From assembly GCF_006345805.1 (NCBI RefSeq), contig NC_043002.1, forward strand, positions 29,450,001 to 29,514,000: a DNA stretch of 64,000 bases, read 5' to 3'. Made by a program: the position numbers and the translations under genes. The notes under the pieces were generated by a model. The model had not been told where the DNA came from. It worked only from the letters and a program-made list of their open reading frames with translations, and did not search any database. The DNA is from Octopus sinensis (lineage: Eukaryota). Every line of letters begins with the position of its first letter. Positions within the stretch are counted from its first letter, which is position 1. Shown here piece after piece: positions 26,687-39,949 of this stretch.

Positions 26687-26989
26687 AAAGCCAACACCTC
26701 GACCGTCAGCAACATGACCACCGGCCTCACGACGATTACGACTACCACAAGCATTACTACATCAAAGTTCACAAACAACAAATTCACCGCCAATACCTAG
26801 GGCATCACCACCACTACCGCTATGAGCAACTAATTTATGAACAATGACCCACCAGTCATGACTCTCACGATATAACCAAACGCAAAATGCATCGATGATT
26901 ATGCCTATATCCCCACCGATATGGCGACGAAGACCTTGTCTTTTACCCCCTAAACAACCATCTCCACCTTCACCTCATTACTCATGAAT

Positions 26990-27660
26990 GCATCCACCAC
27001 CACTACCACCACTAATACAGTAACCAACACAACATCCACCGCAATCACCACCACCACCATCACCACCACCACCACCACCGTAACCGCTACCGTGACCACT
27101 ACTTTAGCTATCCTCCACCAGCACCACATCATCAGGACTACCACCATCACCGTTTCCACTATCACCACCGCCAACACTGCTTCCACTGCCATTACCATCA
27201 CCTGCACTACCAGCGTCAACATCACCACCGCCTCCATCACCAGCTTCACCATTACCATCAACATCACTACATCAGCTACCCGTCACCGTCACCAGCACCC
27301 TTATCATCACAATATGCCACTACCACCATCACCACTACACTTACCATGAACACCTTCACCACAACCACCATCATCACCGCCACTATGATCATCACCTGTA
27401 CCACAGTCAACACCATCAACATCACCACCGTCACCATCATCATTACCTGCGCCGCCGCCGCCGCCGCCACCACCACCACCACCACCACCACCACCACCAT
27501 CAACACCACCATCACCGCCGCCCCACCACCACCACCACCACCACCACCACCACCACCACCACCACCACCATCGCCATCACCACCACCACCACCGACACTA
27601 TCACCTCAGCTCTTCGTCACCCTTACCAGCACCACCACTCCTAACCGTCATCACCGAATT
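26990..27660. repeat. (CAC/CAT/GCC)n degenerate trinucleotide field
   Basis: Directly visible. Confidence 0.9.
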
Positions 27661-28366
27661 CTCATTTAATATTGTTTTCGCTTTTTTGAAAACTTTCAGA
27701 GCCGATACAAGAGTTCTTGCCAACGTCGATTAAAATATGTCGATGTTCATTAGATTACGATAATGCTGTTTATTTCAAACGGCTCTTCAATTCTCTTTTC
27801 ACAGTTCTTCATTTCAACATCCCCCACCCACACTGCCAACATCCCGTTACCTTCTTCTTCAATCGCTTTCTTCTTTATCTCCTCTTCGCTCTCTTCTTCC
27901 AGCCGCCCTTTATCGCTCTATCTTTCTTTTTCGTTCACTTAATCAATTTCTCCTCTCTCTTTTGCATCCAATTTCATTCTACTACATGTCGGTAAATATT
28001 ATACATACGCACACACACACCTGCCTAAACTCTCTCTCCCTACCTCCCTTTTTGTCTCACGCTCTCTTACTCTCTTTTTCGATTTCTCTCCTTATTATTC
28101 TCTATCGGACACATTCTAACATATTCACATTCACATATATATTCAAAACTATACTTGCATCAAAAAGTATATAACACACTAGAAAAAACAATTGCACACA
28201 CACACACACACGCACAAACACACACACATACACACACACACACACACATGTATGTGTGTATGTACGTATCTATGCTTCTGAATGTATATCACTGACATCA
28301 TAACCATAAAAGTACATTGTGATCACTCTCTCTCTCTCTTTATCTCTCTCTCTCTCCCTATATATA

Positions 28367-28400
<34 letters not shown>

Positions 28401-28469
28401 CGCATGTATATGTATACATACATATATATATATATGTATATATATATATTTGTGTGTATGTATGTATAT

Positions 28470-28522
<53 letters not shown>

Positions 28523-29550
28523 TTATATACACGTATATAAATCTATATGTAAGTGTACACATGCAAAATCATATACAGTGTATGTGTTTCTGCGTACCTC
28601 TCTGAATCTGTATATGTATGCGCGTGTTTATATGCGTGCTTGTGTGTATATGAATGTGCGTACGCGTGTGTATGCATTTATACATATATGCATACGAACG
28701 TAGATAGCGGAAGACGGAAGGTAGTCAAATTTGCTATTAGTATGAAAAACCTATCACAGTGCCATTGTTTAATGCCTCCATTTAACTTTGTCCTACGTTT
28801 ATTACATTAAAACCCCATATTTTTCGATAGTATACAACCCACTCCTACACCCGTTACATACATCAATATATTTATCAACCCTCTTCTATCCGTTATTACC
28901 ATCAAACACTACTGGTAACAATTACGAATTCCCTGGCAATGAATACATCGTTGTGTTTATAATTTTATTTTGTCCATTGTTTCGTTTTGTATTTTTAGTT
29001 TTATATATTATTGCTTTAATTTTTTTTTACTTTGTTTTTAGTTTGTTTTGTACGTTCATCGTTGCTTTTTCTTTATCTTATATAATAAAACTTTGAAATG
29101 TCAAAATCTGTGAAACAACATCGTATAAATCGCCATTTTAAAACAGTTTTAAATTAGAGAAAAATCTATTTCGAAATGTATGGTTGGACTCAAACAGGTT
29201 TTGGTGAATTTCTCCAATTAGGAAGTAAACAATTGTTACAACAACATCAACAACGACGATGACAACAATATCAACAACAACAACAACAACAACCCAACAA
29301 CAACAAAAACAACAACAATAATAATAATAACAATAATAATAACAATAATAATGATGATGATGATAATAAAAATAATAATAATAATAATAACAATGATAAT
29401 TATGACGATGATGATAATCATGGAGTAGAAGAAGAAGAAGAAGAAGAAGAAGAAGAATGATGATGGTATCGGTAAAATAAGAACGTCAACAGTAGCAATT
29501 ATGAAAATGTTATAAATCAAAACCAGATTAATGCCATTATCATCATCACC

Positions 29551-29622
<72 letters not shown>

Positions 29623-29655
29623 GTCATCGTCATCGTCATCGTCATCATTATCATT

Positions 29656-29689
<34 letters not shown>

Positions 29690-29781
29690 GTATCACCACC
29701 ACCACCACCACCGCCATCATCAACACAAAATCACTGACATCATCTTCATGTTGATCATGTATATAGGTATATATATTGTTA

Positions 29782-30077
29782 GGCGCGTGGTTTAGTTGTT
29801 GGAATATACGGCTCACGATCGTATAGTCGGGAGTTCGATACCCGGTGACGTGTTGTGTCCTTGGGCAAGACACTATTTTCTCGTTGCTCTAGGCAAAAAT
29901 GAGTTGCACCTTTATTTTAAAGGGCCAGCCTTGTCACTCTCTTTGTCACCCTGAATCTCCTTGAGAACTGCATTAAGGGTACACATATCTGTGGAATGCT
30001 CAACCACTTGCGCACTAATTTTACGATCGGTAGATCGTATCAGCTGGGACCCTCGTAATCGTAACCGACGGAGTGCT
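29782..30077 (+). mobile_element. Family C variant SINE
   Basis: ggcgcgtggtttagttg...ggagttcgatacccgg (B-box-like)...gtgtccttgggcaagacact...gtaaccgacggagtg. Confidence 0.85.
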
Positions 30078-30081
30078 CCTT

Positions 30082-30511
30082 AATCTGAAAACAAAAATAC
30101 ACAAACAAGAAGTTGCTGTTACCTAACACAAATAGTAGGGTATCTCTGAGACGAGTGACGTCGCGACCTTTGCCAAAATATCACGGTTAATGAGTCACTG
30201 TGGAGTTCCCTTTTTTGGCGTTTTTTCCATCAAACTCTTGGCGCATCCAAATAAATCTATGTATGAGAAATGACGTCTTTCCAATAAAAAATGATCGACA
30301 CGACATTCACATTTGAATGATTCTACGTGAATTGCAATATATTGTGTTGAGTCAAAACTTTTGCCATATTTCGCTTAATTTTCTTTTTTTATTTGTAGAT
30401 TCATATGGATATATAAATATTTGCACAAATTTGCACATGCATATGCTTATACAATCCAACACACATACACACACACACACACACATGCAGCAATAAATAC
30501 TTATGTGAGTG

Positions 30512-30572
<61 letters not shown>

Positions 30573-30604
30573 GATCTCTGTCTGTCTCTCTCTCTATATA
30601 TATA

Positions 30605-30667
<63 letters not shown>

Positions 30668-31985
30668 TGTGTGTGTGTGTTGAATATATAATACAACCAG
30701 TATATTTATATATATAACCTTCCGAATGTATAACTGATGGCAGACAGCCACGAAGATAAACAGAAAATACTTCAGCATGAATTATTGTTTTAATCAAAGA
30801 GGTTTTTCTGTCTCAACAAAACTTTTATTTCTCTCACTTATCTGACATCCATGCTTCTCCGTTGATAACCTTTCATCTATTATTACCTGCCTATTAATTA
30901 TAAATTATAGGCATAGCGCATGTATTTTTTCTTGCTTCATACCTACATACGTGTTTTTTGTTTATTTATATATGCATTACATAGTTATATGTTCTTCTTT
31001 ACCAGTTTGCGGTGTCAGAATTATTGTGTATAATACAGAGTGTCCATGAAACGTTTTCTAGTCTACAGTTGTAAAATATTTGTATTTCTCTGGGAATAAG
31101 AATTATTTCACAAATGTCAGACTATGGAATTTACCAAATGGAATTATTAGATAATCTGACGTTTGAAATTTGTCTGCCTTAATCTTTGCCCCTTCCTCTG
31201 TATCTATCTACAGAACATACACCCCTACACGTATATACATATATATTCTTTTACAGATTACACAATCACAAACATGCAAACACAGACACGCACGCACACA
31301 CACACACAAATATGGCCCGACAAATATAATACGCTGTTATTTTTAAGTTTCATGCCTAACTAAACAATCAGCAATCATCAGACAAAAATAAATTCTCTAT
31401 AACTTTTTTCTAGTTCATGAACACCAGAGGAAATCCGATACGAGGTCTCTCCTCGTGAGAAATTAGAAGTTTTAATAAACAAATATATTACCTTACTTCC
31501 TCTTTAATTACACTCACCTATTTAAAGCTATTTCCCATCAATTTTGGTACTTATGCACGGATCTCGGCCATTTTCCTGCTCTGGCACGTGTTTTAGAACA
31601 CGTTGTAAGCATTACTTTAGCTAAGTATTTTCACTTGATGCCGATGACGTTCCAGGATGCATTTCAAATCTGAAAACAAAAATACACTAACAAGAAGTTG
31701 CTGTTACCTATCCCAAATAGTAGGGTATCTCTGAGACGAGTGACGTCGCGACATTTGCCAATATATCACGGTTAATGAGTCACTGTGGAGTTCCCTTGTT
31801 CAAGGTTTCTTTCTCGGCGTTTTTTCCATCAAACTCTTGGCGCATCCAACTAAATCTATGTTTGACAAATGATGTCTTTCCAATAAAAAAAATGATCGAC
31901 ACGACATTCACGTTTGATTAACTCTACGTGAATTGTAATATATTGTGTTGAGTCAAAACTTTTGCATCTTTCGCTTAAATTTTTT
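30082..31985. repeat. Direct duplication of a ~300-bp segment (30082-30385 and 31667-31985)
   Basis: Both copies run from aatctgaaaacaaaaatacac to ttcgcttaa with an offset of 1585 bp. The second copy has a ~13-bp insertion. Confidence 0.92.
31518..31669 (-). other. Candidate non-coding exon (152 nt)
   Basis: Strong acceptor gtgtatttttgttttcag and consensus donor TAG|gtgagt. All three frames contain stops. Confidence 0.35.
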
Positions 31986-32094
31986 GTTTTGTTTTGTTTT
32001 ATTTGTCAAGTTACAAGGAAAACATCCTAGCATTCAAAGTAGGAGTCATTAGGCTGCACTGACAGACGTCATCATTCTGCTAGTTCTTTGATAC

Positions 32095-32298
32095 CTTGCA
32101 GAATCCAGTTCGTGTTCTTCGAGACGAAGCTTCCACCACCTCTTACTTGATGAAGCGTCTCAAGCGAAGAAAGCGAGTCATATTCTCGAAGAACAAGAAC
32201 TGGTAGAAAGTTGGCTTCAGATGGAGCAACACGATGGCCTCTACTTTGTAATGCTTGGCTACTTTTGTTGTAGCTTGACAGACAAAGTCAATAAGATA
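32095..32298 (-). other. Candidate exon (204 nt from the TAG acceptor, or 179 nt open-frame from the AAG acceptor at 32273)
   Basis: Donor CAAG|gtatca in a GC-richer unique island. The frame YNKSSQALQSRGHRVAPSEANFLPVLVLREY...NWILQ is open only from the weaker acceptor. Confidence 0.3.
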
Positions 32299-33347
32299 CT
32301 AAAATATTGCAAAGTATACACAATATACAGCGTAGCTTAGGTAACTAGTTGCTACGTACCGTATCATTTACATGTTTATATTTCCTTACTCAATATGTGT
32401 ATATTACTATAAATTCTTGTATTTTTTACCTTCCAAATATTATTGTGTTCACAGAAATTTAATGAAATAAATTTATTGTATCTAATCTCACGGCTGAGTA
32501 AACAAAATGGATATTTTATAATTTACAGAATTGATTTAGGTTGAAATTACAAAACGAAGCATTGGTGTAAACTTTTTGGAAGTTTGACTAATATGTTTAA
32601 AGTCAATATAGACAAACCAGTTCATTGTAAATTAAATTGAAGTATAATGTATTTTTTAATACATATATTTACACTGCAACACACGGACACACACATATAT
32701 AGACACATATACATACGCACATATACATATACATACGCAGAAATGTCTGTATGTGTGTGTGTTTTGGAAGAAAGAGTGGCGGAGAGTTACATACACAGAG
32801 ACAAGAGCAGAGAGAATATAAGAGTAAATTCATTTCTATAATCCCCTTTAATTCTCTTCTTCCGAACATAAATATAAAGCCTGAAAATACCCTCTACTTT
32901 TTTATTCTTTTTCATTTTTTTTTTTACATTTCTACTAGAGTTTAATTTGTTATTTTCTTCAGGAAGAAATGGAATATAGTGTAAGTAACAACAGGAAATA
33001 TAACAACATACTAAATAATAGAGAAGTGGTGAAAAAATATGTGTTAATCCACAGAATAAGTTGAATACTATCATGTGATTTTAGATTTAAAATATAGCGA
33101 GTTTATTAAGGATACGCTGTATGTATATAGCTAGGATTTGTGGCCGTCATTGTAAATGAAAATAATATGAATCTGTCAAGAATGGAATTGGAACTAGATT
33201 TAAACAGCTGGATATTAGAGCTTACAGAAATAATTAATCTTACGATATCTTTTGTGGTGTTCACATTGCTGACAGGTTTTGAGGCGTGTATGATATGAAT
33301 ACACACGCACACACAAACACACATGCATTCATACATATATATAATAT

Positions 33348-33421
<74 letters not shown>

Positions 33422-33422
33422 G

Positions 33423-33507
<85 letters not shown>

Positions 33508-33556
33508 GATATATATATATATATGTAATATATATATTATATATATATATATATAT

Positions 33557-33591
<35 letters not shown>

Positions 33592-33608
33592 GTATATATA
33601 TATATGTA

Positions 33609-33664
<56 letters not shown>

Positions 33665-33696
33665 CATACATACATACATATATATATATACATTCA

Positions 33697-33737
<41 letters not shown>

Positions 33738-34199
33738 TATATAACGGGAAGCTTTATGAAAATAGACAGATACAGACATATTTATATAAAGGCATAGTTA
33801 CTTATGTGTACTCTCTATCTCTCTCTCTTCAGGAAGTGCAAATTTCCGAACACAAAGACTCATTGATTTTTACACACTCTTAAAACAAAGTCAGTTTAAA
33901 CATACACATTTAATCCTACAAAGCCACTTATATGCTCAAGTTCTATTCATACTTAGATACACACTCTCTCGTAACTAAAGACATGAAACCATTAATAAAA
34001 AAAAATATTCTTCAGCAAGAACATAAGCGACAAATAAGTCGTCTCCTAATAATGTAACGCATGAAAGACGGAGTTCCGTAACAAAGATGAATAACTTTTC
34101 AAGGCAAAACTTTGTAATATATGATTAAAATGAGAATTGGATGTTGTCACAATATGGCCGACGGCTATGAAAAATGGCGGTGAATTTTAAATAACTATT

Positions 34200-35020
34200 T
34201 CACAACGTTGTTTACATTCATAGCTGTGTTTCTGCTGCTGTTGTCACAGCTGACGCTGCTGTCGGAACTGCTGGCGGGGCAGACACTGCTGCTGCTACTG
34301 CTGCTGCTGTTGTCAATGGTGGTGGTGTTATTGATAATATTGTTGTTAGTGATGTTACTAGTTTTTTTGTTGTTGTTGCTGTTGTCATTATTTTATGCAT
34401 GACATTTTTGTTTTCATAAGTTTGTTGCTGTTTTTGTTGTTGTTCATGTTGTTTTTGCTGTTGTTGTTGTTAGTGGCCATTTTTTTGTTTTTTTGCTGCA
34501 AGTCATTCTTTTCTTCCTTTCTCGGCTCGCTAGCCCTTTTTGCAACAATACATATGATGACGTTGATGATGATGACGATGGCTATGATGATGATGATCAT
34601 GATGATCATGATGATGATCATGATGATCATGATGATCACGATCATGATCATGATTATAAATTATCGTTATCAACATCGTGGTCATCGTCACCATCAACAT
34701 TATCCTCTTCAACATTATCCTCATCATCGTCATCAACATAACCATCGCAGTTATCGTGAAGCTTCTACTCCTCCATCTTATACTCATCATAATCCATATG
34801 AACACCGTCTTCATCATCTTCATCATCATGAACATCATCACCGCCACTGCTGTCGCCGTCGTCGTCGTCATTAACACCATCCCCACATCAAGGACTCTCA
34901 TCAACATCATCATCATCATCGTCATCGACGTTGTCATTTTCACATTATCATTGCCAAAATCATCCTCATCATCAGTATCAGCATCAATCACCATTGTCGT
35001 CAATATCAGCATCATTATCA

Positions 35021-35058
<38 letters not shown>

Positions 35059-35649
35059 TTTGTCACCATCACGATTATCATCAGAACATGTACTATTGCC
35101 ACTTTTACCACTACCATCATCATCTCCATTACCATCATGAACACCATTGTCATCATCATCACCATCCTCATCAAGAATACAACCACCATCACCATCTCCG
35201 CCACTTCCCTTATACTGTACAATAATTCCAACTTGAAATCTTATTCAAAGAACTGCCAAATTTGAACCCAGCACTGCTAGGCAGAAAATTGAACAATGAC
35301 TTACATGACTGGCAATCATTTATATGACTTACATGACTAATGTATTTGAATGATGATAACGATAATGAAGACAATGATGATGGAGCTTATGGTGATGATG
35401 GCGTTGGTGATGGTGATGATGGCGGTGGGGGTTGGTGATAATGGTCAAGGTAGTGTTGGGTTGGTGATGATGGTGATGATGATAATGACGGCTAAGAAAG
35501 ATGCTGATGATAATAACGATGACAACGATAATGGTGGTTATGACGAGAAAGATGTGATGGTGATAATGTTTATAGAGATGACAGTGTTGGTGGTGATGGT
35601 GGTGATATATATAATGATGCGGGCTCGGATATAGGTGTTGGGGATGATA

Positions 35650-35698
<49 letters not shown>

Positions 35699-35769
35699 CG
35701 TCGACGATGATGATGATGGTGATGTTGATGAGATGATGATGATTATGGTGGTGCACATGATATTAATAC

Positions 35770-35803
<34 letters not shown>

Positions 35804-36180
35804 TAGGTGTTTTTATTGACGGTAATTATGATGATGAGGAGGAGGAGAAGGATGAAGATGATGACGACGATGACGACGATGACGATGATGATGATGATGA
35901 TGATGATGATGATAACTATGATGAAGCTTATGTTGATGATGACGATGATCATGATGCCAGGCATGATATCATTGATTGTGATGCTGATGATAATGATGAA
36001 GATGGTGCAGAAAGGGATGATAGCTGTTACCATAATGTTAGCAATTCTGGTCGAGGTTCTGTCAGGATTTTTAAGATTTATAATATGCCCCTGCTTTTGT
36101 TGGTGACGACGACGACGACGACGATGATGGTGATGACAACGACGATGATGTTGACGATGACGATGATAATGACGATGAGT
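34200..36180. repeat. Large (GAT/CAT/GTT/GCT)n trinucleotide field
   Basis: Directly visible. It is the source of the poly-M/I/H ORF artefacts. Confidence 0.95.
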
Positions 36181-36257
36181 TTGAAGTCATAGGGTGGTGG
36201 AGTATCGCTGGAAGACCATGAAACAGTTCAGGCATAAAATATCAAGAGAATACATAC

Positions 36258-36359
36258 AGACGACGTAACGTTTGGCAGCATATTTTCCATTACAACACAA
36301 AATTTCAGACGAAATGCTTCTGAATGCCCGAAAGGCAACTTCCAAAGATCGTGCCTCCG
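36258..36359 (-). CDS. Candidate 102-nt symmetric exon ((P)EARSLEVAFRAFRSISSEILCCNGKYAAKRYVV)
   Basis: A polypyrimidine tract is followed by an AAG acceptor, and the donor is TCT|gtatgt. Phase 1 to 1 fits after exon 38601-38498. An old transposon fragment is not excluded. Confidence 0.3.
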
Positions 36360-36400
36360 CTTTGTCGAACAGATTAAAATAAAATATATATAAAAAAAAG

Positions 36401-36448
<48 letters not shown>

Positions 36449-36937
36449 TAATAATAATAATAATAATAATAAAATAAAAGACACGAAATCAATAAAGTAA
36501 ATTAGAAATATATTAATTGAACAGGAACCCGCTATTTGGACTCACACTTTTCTTTCATTCACCTCCATCTACCGTTTTTTATATATATTTTTCTCCCTCT
36601 CTCTCACAACGATGTTCTTTCCATTCTTCTTCAGACTCTTTCTCCAGCAAATTGCTTCTTTCCTGCTTTTTCTACGAGCATTTACCGCAGTGCTGCAGTG
36701 TACTTCCGATATAATTCTTTCTCTTTATGACCTTCTATATTACATTTTTTTTTGTAACGTCTATGTATCTTATAGTACTATATAGACCCCTCTCGTTATT
36801 CTCTCTACTACTATATCTTCCCCTACCATCATAGTATTTATCTGTCCCTAGTTATCAATATATTTGTCTGCTAAGTTTGGGCAAAACTCACAGACACAGA
36901 CACACACACACACACAGAACAGGGAAAGAGGAAGAGG

Positions 36938-36997
<60 letters not shown>

Positions 36998-37221
36998 TGA
37001 GGGAGGTACATTTAAAATTTTGTACGTATTTTAGTTTATAATAAATTATTCCATAACCGATCATATAGTAGAGTGGAGAAGAATATTATTGTTTCTTTCG
37101 AAGTCCGATGTATCGCAAAAATCACGACAAGTCTCGTGACATCATCTGAATATATACATACATGCATACGTGCACACAAACATACATTTATAAGTAGTTA
37201 AATCAAAGGATATTAAAGTGA

Positions 37222-37306
37222 AAATCCTGAAGAAACTGCACCGGTATCATAGCAGGGTTGCAATTGCAACGGATAATAATCGATACAGTAGAAACACGTG
37301 TAGGTC
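37222..37306 (+). ncRNA. Minimal type I hammerhead ribozyme-like motif (Penelope-associated type)
   Basis: CTGAAGA 37227-37233, actg/cagt stem II, GAAA 37291-37294, palindromic stem III ACACGTGT, NUH=GUA, and a short stem I atc/ggt. Confidence 0.45.
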
Positions 37307-37343
37307 AATAATCCTTATTATTATTATTATTATTATTATTATT

Positions 37344-37889
37344 GAGTGAGAGAGCAGTTCATGCCATCAAAGTGACACTGGGGTAAAATATACGAAGCCC
37401 AATATACCCATCATGACTACCCGTCTGATAAAGGTACACCAGGCCGTGCATCACAACCATATGTGCGCGACATGGCGATCTCATATCAAGATAAACAGCA
37501 CATGACCTTGCAGTTGGGCCCAGTTAGAATTTTCTTCAGGTTGAGTATCCCATCCCGCTCAAACGGTCCCTGAATAAGTTGTTTAAGGATTTGAAAGAAC
37601 CACCCATGTTTCCAGAGGTGAACTATTCAAACCCCAAGAATCCCTCTCAACACATTGCTATGATGCTCCCCCTACTTCTGCTCGTGATCAGAGAAGCACA
37701 TATCGTCAGCCACTAAGGGACATGCTCAACTGGTTAAGGTCAAACAACTGACAAGCAAATCTGTGGTATTGAGCAGAATATTTGCTGTAGCCCATCTTTT
37801 ATACCAAGACAAAACAATGTACATGATAACACTTCCAATCAGTTAAGATCAGAAGCCATGAGAGCCACTGCCTGGTACTGCATCAGGGC

Positions 37890-37891
<2 letters not shown>
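37344..37891 (-). mobile_element. ~550-bp interspersed element embedded in (ATT)n, longer copy
   Basis: Inverted homolog of 26001-26467 with ~80 extra 5' bases (aatgccctgatgcagtacc...). (ATT)n lies on both flanks. Confidence 0.8.
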
Positions 37892-37973
<82 letters not shown>

Positions 37974-38497
37974 TATTATTATATATAAATACAGGTATTC
38001 GAAATTTACAACAGCTGTTTCGGGAAAATTTTAATTTTATAGATTCATTCTTAGATTACATCTCTGCGGGTCTTTGCCTTAATGTAATCTAAGAATGACT
38101 CTATAGTATCAAACTTTTGCTGAAACAACTGTTATGGAATTTAAATTTCAAACGTTTAAACAAGAAACGCAGAAACGCAAGGTTACCAGCTCACCGAAAC
38201 CCATGGTCGAATTTTGGATTCGATATGTATTTATGTATTTGTATATGTTTATTCTTTAATAAATATATAGAGAGATAGATAGATAGATGGATAGATAGAT
38301 AGACAGACAGACAGACCGATAATACATAGATACATACATATATACATACATATATGCAGTACACTACAAACAAATGACAGCAATGCGTTGATTCAGTTTG
38401 CATTAAGCAACGTATCTACGTATCTAGCTATTCCTGGAGTCCTATATGTTCATATTAGTAGATTCTGACGAATCCTGAAACTGCATTCATGATGTAC

Positions 38498-38601
38498 GAT
38501 TGTAGTTTCGAGTCCAGGATCGGGTGATGTATTGTTGTGAAGTAAAAAGCTTCACTTCATCTTGGTCTAGTCCACAAGCCAATAATAGAGCGAAGTCCTC
38601 C
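38498..38601 (-). CDS. Candidate 104-nt coding exon ((W)EDFALLLACGLDQDEVKLFTSQQYITRSWTRNYN)
   Basis: Acceptor ttgtgcttgtgtatatag. The phase-2 frame is open and protein-like. The donor ATC|gtacat is weak, so read-through to TGA at 38489-38487 as a terminal exon is also possible. Confidence 0.5.
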
Positions 38602-38720
38602 CTATATACACAAGCACAACGAAACTTCTGTAGTGCGGACAACGGGCCTAAACTACTGTTGGGTACTATATATATATATAAATGTATATATGTGAGTGTG
38701 CATGTGTGTACATATGTATA

Positions 38721-38759
<39 letters not shown>

Positions 38760-39949
38760 CATACATTGTACTGGCCGCTCATGAATGACTGAAACAAGTA
38801 AAAGAATAAGAGATATAAGAAAATGATATTTAAATGTAGACTAGAAAATGTAAAGAAACGAAAGTTTATAATACTATTTCTGTTGATGCACAAGAAAGCG
38901 CCTAGATTAAATTAGAAACGGATGGCTGATCTTGCTGGATCTCATATGTGGAAGACTACCAATATTGTATTTTAAAGAAAATTGTTACAGAAAGAATTTT
39001 TTTATTTTTATCAAGTAACAAGATGCATTTATCAAGCATGCACTTCACTTAATTAGACTGGCGGCCATATTAAAGTTAATAAATATTTAAAAAATATTAA
39101 GCTTTGACACCAGCAGAGAGACTCACGAATCAGTAGTTTTGTCGAACTTATGAGGGAAAAAATGTTGGGAAAAAGCAAAACATGTAGAAAAATTACACCT
39201 ATTAATTAAGCTGTGTGACAAGCAGCCTTCGGGGGAAAAGGAACCAGTCGACCTGCTAGAAATAGCTACTAATTTCCCCTCAAATTACACCCTGTTGTCT
39301 TAAAAAGGGGCTTGCTAAATAATGTGTTCGTGAGAGTCATATGTATATGTAAACGATGGAATGGTCATGGATGGAATACTTTTGGTCATAGATCAACTGG
39401 GTCAGGTTTTGACTTTAACCTATACACCGAAAACACCAGAGTAACGAATGAGACTCAATCTAGTTATACTATTTCACTAGAAATAACAGACAATTTATCT
39501 CACATCACGACACTGTTCTCTTAGAACAGAGAAGAATATTTTGAAAAAATGTAGTAGAATTTGATGCAAGCAAAGACTGGATAGTTGAGATTGGATTGTG
39601 TTCGATTGTCAGATCACTACTGATCGAAGACTAGACAACATCAACATTAAAAATTCTCAATTTCTACGTTTTATTAAATAGAATGAGTCACTGAATTCTA
39701 TAGTTTTTTAATTCTTTTATATGTTTCACTCACTGGTAGTGACCATATTGGGGCATGGCCTTTAAAAGTTTATAAAACATCATACCAATGCAAGTGACCA
39801 TTAATTTCATCAATTTAAGATTATAAAAACGCGAAGGCATTACTTTCATTGATTCTCGTAACCGAATCGTTAAGTTAAATTTTAGAGATCAAACCGGTTT
39901 TCAATTGTAAACGGAAGCGGACACGAGCGTAGCCAGAACTGTACATAGA

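Noticed and set aside
31380-31885. Minus frame resembling a small GTPase pseudogene (IGKTSF, YY, CIFVF, TKID, ETS in order)
   Set aside because: The frame has about 8 stops in ~165 codons, near random expectation. Motif spacing is off by several residues, there is no Gly-rich P-loop or DxxG, and CIFVF coincides with a splice acceptor tract. A TBLASTN/HMM search would settle it.
32150-32250. Plus-strand RRKRVIFSK...EQELVESWLQMEQ resembling a homeodomain or pogo/CENP-B HTH
   Set aside because: It needs a frameshift, has no further matching motifs, and is the antisense of a region with better splice signals on the minus strand.
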